From contig OZ076409.1 in the NCBI GenBank assembly GCA_964187785.1, positions 51,212,001 through 51,276,000 of the forward strand: a stretch of 64,000 nt of DNA, in the 5' to 3' direction. Position numbers and translations under genes: made by a program. Source of the stretch: Amphiscolops sp. MND2022 (Eukaryota). The notes under the pieces are model-generated. The model searched no databases. It was not told the origin of the DNA and was given only the letters and a program-made list of their open reading frames with translations. This document shows positions 23,158 through 34,620 of this stretch, piece after piece; position 1 is the first letter of the stretch, and each line of letters begins with the position of its first letter.

Positions 23158-26100
23158 AGACCCAGAAGGTGATACGTTAGGTATGTCAGAATCAGAACTT
23201 GTATCCGAGATGGAGAGTAGGCTATCAGGGGCTGCTGGGATGTCAATGATGCCCACAGGAGGAGAACTGGACCTGTCTGAACTGTCCTTGTCGACCGAGC
23301 CCTGCTGTCGCTTTCCATCCCGAGTTACTGCTGCTAATGTTGTGGGACTTGCTGATTTACTTGACTTCTCGTAATTTACTTGATTTTCTTGAGTCCTCGC
23401 CCAAAAGTTTGGTAAGTTATTCTAGTCTTGTGTTTCCCCACGTAGTGGAAAAACTGAGATAGGATAGGGTTCTACCGGTCAACCGTTCTAAATCGTGTGT
23501 GTTAGTTTGGTCTCCTGGGTGTTCTGGTAGAGCCATCGGCGAGTTATCACTTGTTGATTGAGCTCCTCTTGTTCAGTTGATGTCAGTGTGACTGACCTTG
23601 TTCGGCAATATCATCATGCTGTGCGTGGGGGAGGTTTCGCCTCCAGACAAGGAGACTCCTCGCCGTTGTTCCAGCGGCTTGATGCCTTTCTTGCTGCTCA
23701 TGTCGGTAAGTCTGCTTATTTGGTATGATGTTTCATTAAATCTCTGAAGCGCCCAATGCGGGTTATTGTATCTCCTGTAGTAATAAGGTCTCTAATGATG
23801 AACAAGTGGTGGTAGTGCGGGTATTGTGGTTTTGGTATGACATCACTCAGGAGTTGCTGTTTCTTTTTTGTTCACTAGGTGCTGTAGTTCGCGAAGAAGT
23901 GTCAATGGGCCAGTTTACGACTCTTCTGGCGAATTTGGAGAAAGATATCCAACAGTGGGTGAAGCCGGCTGTTGAGACGTCTCTTGGAAAGCTATGAACT
24001 GCCATCCACGAGTTCTTTAAGTTGAAGGAGGGCATGCATGAAATCGAGCAACAACTGTCTTTACGTGATGTCGTCAGTTTTGCGGATCGTACGTCGCCGC
24101 GTGTGAATTGTGTGGCAGGGAGCGTAGCTAGTGTGCCAATGCCCGGTGAGTCAGGGGGCTCAGAAATGCCTTCCGAGTTCTGGAAACGAAGCATGGTGCC
24201 CTCAGGACTGGAGTCGTCTAGAGATGCCTCATCCACCGAACCTGGTTAGAATTCTCAAAAGTTCATGTGAGGTGTTTTCGTATATTAAGCGAAGATAAGT
24301 ACTAGCTTTGGCTGTTTGAGGTTTTCCCTTAGCATTACGTCTTGTAAGTTAGTCCTTCGCTTTTCATCTAGTTTTGTTGGTTTACGCATTGAGGAGCGGG
24401 GGGTTTCAGTGGTAATTGTTATCAGTCTTGAGTGTGATGTTAACTTCTTGTTACAGTACACAAAAGAGGGATGAAGACGTTGAAGCGGTCGTTTTTTGTA
24501 TCCAGGGTGATAAAGACTTTCGTCGGCTTCCTGAGGCACCAAAAAATGGTGGATGATTTGCGAGGTGCTGTCTGTGTAGAGTCGACTTCAGTATCGCTGG
24601 GCGAGCTCTTCACAAACTGTGGGATCATTGGCAGGGGCAAAAACATACCCGTTAAGAACAAAAATTCAGAATTATGATCAACAGACCGCTCCTGAGGAAG
24701 ATCACCGGATCAGGATGAAGTGGATGTCAGAGCCCCCTGTTTTCCTTGAAACATCACTGGGCCTTACCGTAGACAAGAGGATCGCAAAATCGCTGATACG
24801 CTTCATGGATGGGTGGACAAGTGGCAAGCAGAGTGAGCTACGGTTTACTGGACGATCGGTGACTTATCAGGAGTGCCAGGTATGCTTTCTAGTTGATGTT
24901 GTCGTCCTAGCCTAAAGTTTGTTGAAATGTAGTAATGTGAAAGGGTGGAGGGTTTTTCGGACTCGGTTGTTTGTCGTGTGCTAGGCTTAGGGTTGTACGT
25001 AGATTAATGCAGAGGTTCCGGATGTTTTTTTCAGAATTTGGTGTTGTACGGAGTGTACCCTTACGTAGTGGAGAGGTTGGATGCCATGCTATCTACTGGT
25101 GCTCCATTTGGGTTTTAGTGTCTGGAGATGGTCCTTTGCAACGCATGGATTGTCATGTTGTCAGTGGCCCTGATGTGAACACATTGGGACCAGCAGTGGT
25201 TGCTAGAAATCAAGGGTGGGAAATGAACTTTTGAGGATTGCCTTAGCGGTGTTGACTTAAATTACGTCTCGCGGAGAATGGACATTCGTGAGTGTCTCTG
25301 GTAACATCCGGATGGGGCGTGCTCTGGCTACTTTGGCACATACTGTGTTCCCATTAATTAGCAAGCTTTTTGATTTGTGGTGGATGCGAGATGGGCTGGC
25401 GCGACATGTCCTGAAAGAGTTCAGTGGCCTGCAGCCTTTCAGGATTTGGGAACACTTCCGATACCGGCAGTCAGCAGTCATTTTGGATTGAGCATTTGAT
25501 TGATTGCCAGTCTTGAGACGGGTATGTATAGTATATTCATAGTTTTCTGCCTTGTGTCGTTGATTACTAACCTGTCGAATTTGGCTTTAGTCGTCACATT
25601 CCATTTATTTGTTTTTTTGTCGATTTCCGGCTACCATTGGACAACTTGGTGTTATCGGTGTACTAATTTGTTTTTGTTTTTTGTTTTTGGCAGTTGGTGG
25701 GTGGAAACCTGCATCTCATTCCGGATCTTGCTGACCTATGCGCAGAGTTGGTCGAGCGCTGCAATGATCTCGGCACGGTGTGAACTATTCTGTGGCTGGC
25801 CCTGAGACTCGAAGTCTTGTGTCGATGGAGAATCAAGTGCTTGGCGATGCTATGGCACGACCCCGTTTTGCAGTGCTCAAATTTATTCTAGAAACGAGTA
25901 AGTAAAGATGATGTTTGGGATTTATAACTGATTGGGTGGTAGGGTTGTTAGTGCTTGGTTTGTTGCAAGAGTTGGTAGTGGTACCAAAGTAGTTATTTGG
26001 GCTTTTTTGTTTCTGTTACGAAAACGTGCCCTCGACTATGCAGTTCAATACGTGACAGAAGCGTGTGTTTTGAGGGGGAGTTGTCTGTTTTCCTCCGAAT

Positions 26101-27150
26101 ACTCCAACCTCTAGTCTATTGTCTGGTTGACGTGCCAGCAGAATTCGACGTGAAACAACTTTTTCGTCCGAGAAGCGGGGAATGTGCAGTCGTCGTGGAT
26201 GAGCTCCAGTATCAAGCTCTGTTCGGGCAAGAACTCCGGTTCGACGTCAGCCAACAACTGCTATGTCCAGAAGTTCCTACGGAGTCTCTGCGATTTGTGT
26301 GTGTGTGACTAATGTCGACCAAAAATGGATTCGGCATCTGAGTTTATTGCCTTTTGACCCGGAGTTGATTTACTGGGGGTCCTTGGATCGCTTGGTGGCA
26401 ATTGTATCGGATCTGGGCTTCAGTGTTTTGTGTCGGGATGATGATGGTGGAATCCTTTTACAGCATTATCGTGAAGTCTACGGACATTTCAAGCATCGAT
26501 GGGCGTCGGGAATGCCGGTTGCGGACGATGTGTTTACCATGTGGTTGTGCTATCCCCACTGGAACCGTTGTCAAAAAACTATTGAACGTGGTTGAAGTGT
26601 TGTACAGTGGAATGTTGCAAGGAGAGTACGTGGTCAATTTCCGCGACTTGGGGTGAACTGAGATGAATGAAGGGGCCATGCTATCGAGTTTGAATTTTGT
26701 AAGTTGGATGATTACTAAGTTTACTGGTCATTCAAAGCGGACGCTAGCTGTTTTTTTTCGGCATTGGTAGTCGACTAACATGCAAACGTCCCGGCTGCAA
26801 GTTGCTGTCAAGTGTCGGCTCTGGGAGTAGTTAGTAACGATCGGAGAGGAGGAGTTGTATTTGCGTTGCTCAGCTATGCTTGGCTCGTCTAGTGGACTTC
26901 TTGAATTGCCTGGTGTTGATGAATACAAGTCTAGTGTGTGTGTGTGTGTGTGATCAACTACGTGATCTGGGGGCTCAGATAACCGTTACACGACTTTCTC
27001 CCGTGAAGAGTTCAGGGCATAGGACCTCAGGTCGTGTGTCTGGTGGAGTTGGTCCTCGCACTCAGGACTACTGTTTCTGGTGGTCAGGTCTTCGAAGGAT
27101 GTTGCAGTCAAACTGATGGGGCAACAAAAATTTTTGCTATTGAAGACAGT
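23150..27150 (+). pseudogene. Degenerate accessory ORF(s) antisense to the Gypsy element: PHD-like, coiled coil, C2H2 zinc finger, plus an unknown domain
   Basis: ATG at ~23150 (MAEDPEG..). CISC..CGYCGFWY at 23767-23840. Coiled-coil-like 23900-24070. CCLCRVDFSIAGR..WDHWQGQKH at 24566-24646. Protein-like ORFs 25997-26595 joined across a GT-repeat frameshift. Confidence 0.5.
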
Positions 27151-27599
27151 AATTTGGCAAGTGACAGACAACTCGCAAGAGCATGGGGTTCTGGATCGCC
27201 GGAGGTGTATTGAAGTGATTTTTTACGCTTTTGAAACTGCGATTGTATTAAACTGATTGAATTGTGAATTTGCAACCATATTGTAGTAGTTAGTTTGATC
27301 AGTGGTAGGATTTGTTTTAGTTGTATTTGTAAGGCTCACTCTTTGTACATGCTTTTGTATTTTTGAAAGTTACAATTGTTAGTCGTTGCCTGATACCCTC
27401 GGTTGTTAGTTGAATTTGCCTGTTGCTAACGTTGCAAAAACAGTTTTGGTTTCTTGAGTGTGAAGGTTGCGCTTATTCGGTTTTACATGTGGTGCGTTTT
27501 TAACAAAGGGTGAATTAGGGAAAGATAATTAGTTTTTGTGTGTGGCTTAACATTTACATGAGTTTTTGTGAATTGCATAAGTTAGGGGGCTAGAACGGA

Positions 27600-28995
27600 A
27601 GTTTTACATGTACAGAGTGTTTTCGTGTTCCGGCGGATGACTGCATGTAACCGTTCGTCCGGTCTTGTTCTGTTTGTTTAGCTTAATCGAATGCTAGAGT
27701 ATGCACTTGCCTACTTAGTTTTTGGCTGAAGAACTATGGTGTCTGCAGATGACGATCTATCCGGTCGGTCGTTTGCTCATAACAAATTGGTAGGTACAAA
27801 CGTAGGTGATCGTTATATGGGAGATACCCATATAATAGTAAGAGTTGCACGCGAGTTTATTATTCATTTTGTTGTGTCAACTGTGAACGTTTTTGGTGGT
27901 TTTTCAGAACGTTGTTCAGGTTTGGCCGAGGCGACCACCAACGTAAAAAAATTTTTCAATCACGGAGCCTTGCTGTGTATGATCTGCTTCAGATAGGTTC
28001 TAATTCTCTTCTTCGTATCGGTAAGTGCGTCTCAGCAGAGCTTGGCATAGCAGTTCAAAGTGAGTGATTAAGCTCCGCGGCTCATTCCGATCACTGAACT
28101 TCCAAGGACTTGATGCTTGGTCCTGAGCGCTCACTTTTGTGGTGTTCTTTGAAATACATGTTTTTAAATCTATGCAGTTAGTTACATGTCGTTCTAGCGT
28201 TTTGGTTGTAATAATTGAAGCAGCGTGCCGTGCGACGTCATCATCGTTGATGTGTGTCCTGGAACGTCATCACTCGTGCGTTTTGTACATGCGGTTGTTG
28301 TTACGTTATGTTATTTTTGGCTATCGTTCTGGCTTCCCCCGTTTTTGTACGAAGCTGGCCCAGCTGCGATAATTTTTTTTGTATTCCCGGCACGAGGCGA
28401 AGCATAAGAACTATAGGGAGTCTGATGGTAGTGTGTGTACTCCTGTAAATGTCTGACATTTATTTTGGGTTTTATTTACCGCGTAACTTTTGTAAAGCGT
28501 TTACATGGGATTGTGGGGTTCTGTGATAACTATTCGGTTTGGTGGTTTCGAACCAGGATGTTCGTTTAGTTGGGAAAAGTTTTTTGTCGTCACGAAAATC
28601 CTTGCAAAACTAACACCTAATCCACTTGCTAAAGAGCAAGCTTCTTCTGAATATAACAAGCCACACAGACATGCTTATTCACGACGAGCCCACACAACTG
28701 CCAGCATGAATGGTAGGCGAACAGAGTGGGGCTGTGGTTGTGTAAGTGTAACGTTTACCAGGCAGCTGATTCTTTCTGTTAATTCTGCTGATGCTTTGGA
28801 ACGAAATTGCCGTTCGAATTTTGGTACGTTGATGGTGGTATTTTCACCGTTCAGAGTATTTTTTACGGGCATTTCCACTCGGGTTTTGGTTTGAAATGAA
28901 AAAAATATATATGTCGTTCGTGTTTCCATAACATGTATTACCGCGATAGGTTCTCTGTGATGACTGATGTCCACGCCACGGTCCTTGTTTTTCAT
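27600..28995 (-). pseudogene. Uncharacterised sense ORF relic downstream of integrase (env position)
   Basis: Track ORF 28675-28995 and further interrupted frames down to ~27650. No env motif recognised; the call is positional only. Confidence 0.3.
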
Positions 28996-29399
28996 TTCGG
29001 TAGCGTTGTTTGTTCTCAGGCGGCAGGTATTCAGTTGTGTAGCTGACCGCGTAGGTTATGACGACGGCAAGTAGCAGTCGTCATATGCGTTACTTGTTTA
29101 GGCTAAATCGAGCTTTTGTTAGGCTAAGTATGACTTTGAAACGTACTTTGGTAAGGCTTGGCTGATGCGTGACTATATTACTTTGAAGCTGGAAAACGTG
29201 GCGTAATTGCAGAGCAATTACCTTTGTGATATTTATACCTTTTGAAATGACTGCCGTTAGCAGTCGTCAATTTCAGGTGAAACAATCAAGCGTGTGTAGT
29301 TGCAAAATAGAAAGAAAAGGTTTTGATCCTTTTCCTCTTTTTAGTGGTGATGTTTTGATTGTTGATAGTTCATGTAAATTTGGGAGAATTTTCAAAGGT

Positions 29400-30240
29400 T
29401 TCTGTTTTTCAGTAAAAACTGTTGGACTGCAGGTGTACCGTGTAATTCATGCATCAAGAAATCAGAGTACGTGGTAGTATTTGGATTGTGTCTTAGGCCG
29501 TACTGTGACATGGTTTGTCGTGATGGTACTGGGGCGTTCAGTTGGTATTTGGTTGTCGAACAGGTCCTTCTCCTTGAGGGCATCAGGGTCCTCAAAGTAT
29601 TGAGATGGATCATTAGTGATGTCTGTGATTGGTGTGTTGGTTGTGAATGGGCGGAGTCGCATCCTGAGAACGCATTGTTTGCAGAGAGAACCAAAATTGG
29701 GAAAAAAAACAATTTGAATTGGAAAAGACTTTGACAACTTTGTAAGGCCCTTCCCACTTGAATTCCCTAAAAGGAATTGTTTCAGATTGATTAGACAGAC
29801 TTTTGTTGAGCAGAAAGGTGGAATCATTTACTTTCAGAGGTGACGCTCGTACCTTTCGATCATAGTAGTTGTTGTATTTGTGGGAAGCTACGATGATGTT
29901 GGTGTATGTTTCCTGTAATTTTTTTCATGTTGTCCAGTATCCCAGTGACGTCGGTCGTGTTACGCGTTCGCTCAGAAAATTTCCCAACTTAATGTCCTGT
30001 GCATTAAACGGTATTCGACCGTGGAAAATCTCGCTGGGTGTGCATCGAAAACCTTGGTGGTATGTAGTATTGTGTGCCATAACGGCTGTAACAGCTGCCT
30101 GATCCCTTCACTTGACCAAACTTTACGCTGCGCTGAATTCGGTGCTCGGCACTGCGGATTGTTAGCGAACATTGCCTGCTTCTTAGAATGAAAGGACTGT
30201 ATCTTGACTTAGTAGGATCCAATCATCCCGAATTGCCCTT
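29400..30240 (-). pseudogene. pol: Gypsy integrase, C-terminal half
   Basis: AVMAHNTTYH..PSEIFHGRIP..YYDRK..FKWEGPYKVVK..CVLRMRLRPF assembled across frameshifts. Confidence 0.8.
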
Positions 30241-30249
30241 CTTCGTTGT

Positions 30250-30955
30250 CTCTTAACACGTCCAACTCTCCACAAAATGAGAGTAACTAACTTAGTCGCC
30301 CTAGTCTTGGGCGAAAAGTCGAAAAGAGGTGAAGATATGAATTGAAAATTTGTGTGGTCCTAAGACCCGACTTTAATACAGCTTTCCAATCATTGTTTGC
30401 CTATCTAACAATGGTATACATATCGTTTACAATTATTCGATAAATATGAGTTGAAGTATGAAGCATAAATAAATGACATTTAAAGCATAAATTGAAGTTA
30501 TTGGCTAAGTAAACAAACTATGTGGTGGTTTTGGCATGGTTGTTAGGTGGGTTAGAAAGTATGTTTACACAATGTAAATATCAGTAATTTCAACAGAGAT
30601 AAATTTCCTTCAAGGACATAAAGTAAATTCGCATAACATATTGTATATCAAAACATGACTTTCATGGGGTCTGACTTTGGGTCACTTTTGGGTCACCAGG
30701 TCAACTTGGGTGCTAATTGCTCTGAACCCAGGATAGATACGGGGTTCGGTGTTTCGAGTGAAAAGTTGAGGTAAAACCTCTAGTATATACCTGCTGAGTT
30801 TCAGGGTGATTGAACAAGTGCTTCTCAAAAACGGGGTTGATAAGTTTGTCTGTATCACTATTTTTGCATGAAACTGTAATTTTCCAACTAGAAACATCAC
30901 AAAGTTTCTAAGTGTTTTGAGTTATAAGTTTCATCAGTCACGTTCAAAATTCAGT
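30250..30955. other. Non-coding AT-rich insertion, probably a DNA-element remnant
   Basis: No coding signal. Short repeats (tttgggtcac twice). Separates two integrase fragments. Confidence 0.3.
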
Positions 30956-30959
30956 TTCT

Positions 30960-33900
30960 CGTCTTGCTATTGACTGGCGCCAAAAACGGCCATGTTGACG
31001 TAATTGCGTCACTGTGAAGAATCAGCTGAAACGTTACCTTTAAGGATATGTTTCAACTTTCTGTGGGAACGTTCTACCATTCCAATCGTTTGCGCCTGCT
31101 TTACAGCTGCATGCTCGATTTTAATGCCGGAAAATTCCGTGAGTGATTTGAACAGTTGTGATGTGAATGACGATCCTTTGTCGGTTGGGATGGTTTACGG
31201 TACGTTTGAAAGCTGCGTGGAAATTTGCATAATCGCTTCTTCTACTGATCTGGTGTCTGGTTTTCGTACGGGTATTGCCAAGAGAAATCTAGAAACGTAG
31301 TCACAGGCCGTCAGTACGTGTGTATATCTGCTGTAATGGAGGTGTGATTGAAGTTTTTGGATTGGTTTAGAACGGATGCAATTTTGGCAGTTTGAAACGT
31401 TTTGCAGAAAGTTCAGAGAGGTTAGGCGAGAAGTACCGTTTGTGGAGTTCGTGTAAAATTTTACTGCTGCCAGGGTGGACTTGCAGGGGTCGTCGTGTAA
31501 CGACTGGATGATTTGGCGGATTGTTTCAGGAGGGGAAACGATCTGCTTACACTTCGTTTTACCCGTATCACGTATCATCAAAAAAGTTCCTGTACAAAAC
31601 GTTGTTAACCACTTCGAGTCTTTTCATTTTTTAACTTGTTTTTGGAAAAACTGGCTCTCAAAGTTAGCATGATCAGGTGACGTTTCGTTTGGACTCAAAA
31701 TTATAATCACGCGTTGGATGTCAGAGATTTCATGTTGTTCCTGGACTATTTGATAATCCCCATCGGGGCACACCTGACTTACCACGTTGTTATGATGCCT
31801 GCTGATGAATCTGGTGAACGTCATCTCGTCATTGATGGACCGTGATGATCGGCGTGATCTGATGGCGGATAATTTCTCGTCTCTCTCGAATCTGTTCACT
31901 CGATTCGTTGTTGCCTTGGGAACCTGGTCCAGTATGGCATTGATAGCATCGTGCTGTTTTGAGGTGGTAGTGTCGTCATCAGGTATGTAGTCCAGCTCCT
32001 TCATCCTCGTCTTGCTTCGGGGTTCTAAATGACAGATCAATCTCAACGTGGTTGACCGGGACTTCGTCGTTGAGCTTGAGGTGTATCCGTTCCTCCAGTC
32101 TGATGTCAAGCCGTGCCAGGTAGTCACATGCAGGGTTTTCGGAACCTGGTACGTGAGCAAGGACGAAGTCAAACTGGAGTGCTTGTTCACAAAAGTTTGA
32201 CCGTTTTGGTGGAATCCTTTTTGATTGGAAAAACCAGGTGAGTGCCTTGTTGTCTGTCATCACAATTGTCAGTTTCTTGACTTCTCAGAGTATGTGTGCG
32301 AATTCAACAAAGGCAAATTATTTTGCCAGAAACTATTTGGCATAATTTGTCAGCGACATTTGGTCTTCTGTGACTCGTTGCGAGTGGAATGCAACTGGGG
32401 TTTTGGGTTTCATGGTGCCGGTATCTGATTCAGTGTAGTCTTCTATCAGGAGCACATATCCGGCGGCTTGCTCGCTTACATCCCACATGATCACTAGTTG
32501 CTTGTCGGGTAGCCGGAAGCGCAGTGACTGTTTGGCAGCTTTGGCGAGGTTTTCCTTGATCTCGAAGACGGTGTCCTTATGCTGTTGTGTCATCTGGAAC
32601 TTGGCGTCCTTCTGCAGCAGCGTTTACAATGGTGGGAGACTTTCTGCCTGCCAGGCGTGGGTTGTACTACTTGTAGAACTGAACGAAATCGATGTACAGC
32701 TGTAGGGACTATGATGACCAGATGTCGCACTTGACTCATGTTGGAAGATTCATTGTTTTCAAGAACTTGTCGACTTTGTCCTCAAGTGGTACCAAAAATT
32801 TTGAGGTAATGCTTCTTCCGGGGAAGTCAGTTTGCGGGTGTCCGAACGCGAACTTGGACATTGACAGTTTGAGACCTACATTCCGCATTTGTTGGAAGAT
32901 GGCTTCGATGTTTGACAATAGCTTTTCGACGTTGTGTGCAGCAATACCGATGTCGTCGACGTATTGAGCACATTTGTCGGCCTTAACTAGTGCATCGACT
33001 TTTTCACGAACTGTGGTATTGAATGCCGAGAGGGATCGGTTGAATCCCTGCGCCAGCCAAAGTAGGCGAACGTTCGGCTCCCGAAGTTGAATGCTACGAG
33101 TTGAACCGATTGCTCGTCCGCCATCTGTAAGCAATGGTGTACATGTGAGCCGTCTAACTTGCAGAAGTACTTCTTTCCTGCCATATGCTCCGCGGTGTCG
33201 GTGATAGTCGTGACTGGATGATATGTTTAATGCTGGATATATTCACTTTTTAGAAGTAGGTTGATTCTGCGCAGATCCACCAAGATGAGAAGTTTCTTCT
33301 TGGGTTTGCGCTGGGCAATTATGGACGAGGAAAAATGGCTGTATGGCAACGTCGTGATAATGCCGTACACTTGCATCAATGCTAGTTCGGGCGAGATCAT
33401 CTTTGAGTTTGATGGATGTCGGAAGGCTCTGCGCATACACTGGATCATCGTGTTTTAGTGTAAATTTGATCTTGATCTCGGTGTTTATGCCGATATCCAG
33501 TCAGTGCCGGGAGAAGATGATGTGGTATTTGACGAGGAGGCTCTCAATTTGCTGGCGTTCGTGTCCTTCGAAGATGGAACTCTCCCACTGGAAGTTGGCT
33601 AAGAATGCCGATCGCTGTTGTTCGTCAACAGGTGGGTCAAGTTTCTCTTCTTCCCGGAGTTTGACAATTTCATCAAAGATCCTTCTCTCGATCCGGTTCA
33701 GTTTGGACGGGTTGTCACAGGTCTCCGGTGTGGGGTACCAGCGTCAGTAAGTTTTTGCGTTGGTTTTCTGGAACATTTGGTTGAGGACGTTTGTCGCTTC
33801 TTCAGGGTAATTGGTGATGACAGTAAGTTGCTCGTTTGACATTGGTTGGAGGTTTATTGCTTGATTCGGAATCAGTATTCCGAGAGAAGCCATCGTCGTA

Positions 33901-34620
33901 TTCGGGTTGAGGGTAATTTTGTGGCTGGTTAGGTCAATGATTTGGACATGGATTTGCATTTCTGTTATTTGGGACAGTGCTGGGGACACCAGTAGTTGTG
34001 TCTTCCTTTCGATTGAGGGAAAGGTTTCCACTGAGCCCTGAATTGTGCCGAGGTCCTTTTCCGCTAATACAAGTACGATTAGTTGATGGTCCGGTGGTAT
34101 CACTGTCTTCCGGAACGTTCGCAGCTCTATAATTTGGATTTTGTATCGTCCAAGTTCTGGCTTGAGTTGTAGGGTATTATCCGGAAATTCAACTATGTTG
34201 TTGGCAAGGTCGAGTGTGACTGAGTACTTCTTGAAGACTGACATGCCAATTAGGATGTTACCCATGGTGGGGAGGATCATGAAAGTCTCTTCAAATATTT
34301 TACACCCGATGAAGAAGCGACGGAGTACCTGAAGGAACAATGCTCCCGTTTGCAATTTGGACCTTGAAATACGGTGCTGGCTACTCATCTAAGAGTGCTG
34401 CTGGGTGGGCGGATAGGATTCGTCGGACTTCATTTTCTGAATTTGCATTCCCGATGGCTTCTGTATCTAGGAGGCCATGGTTTTCGTATTGACGAAATTG
34501 GAGTGGAACGTACGGCATTCTGTTCAGTTTGAGTGTAGCACTTGTTCTTCCTGTTTCCTTGTTGTGTTTAATAGTGTAAGCAGTGTGAGTAGCTTGATTT
34601 TCGTCTGTCGTCTGCATCGG
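30960..34620 (-). pseudogene. pol: Ty3/Gypsy pol relic: PR-RT-RNaseH-IN
   Basis: GLLDTEA (PR); AQRKP..LVDLRRIN, KYFCKLD, LAQGFNRS, QYVDD (RT); MWDVSEQAAGY, MTDNKAL (RH); LHDD..CQNC, CDYVSRF..DKGSSF..GMVERSH (IN). The order is Gypsy-type. Confidence 0.95.

Noticed and set aside
26934-26952. (GT)n microsatellite as a special signal
   Set aside because: Ordinary short dinucleotide run.
29400-31330. One integrase split by a clean insertion at 30250-30955
   Set aside because: The two parts overlap in the integrase core and are diverged, with no TSD. More likely two different elements.
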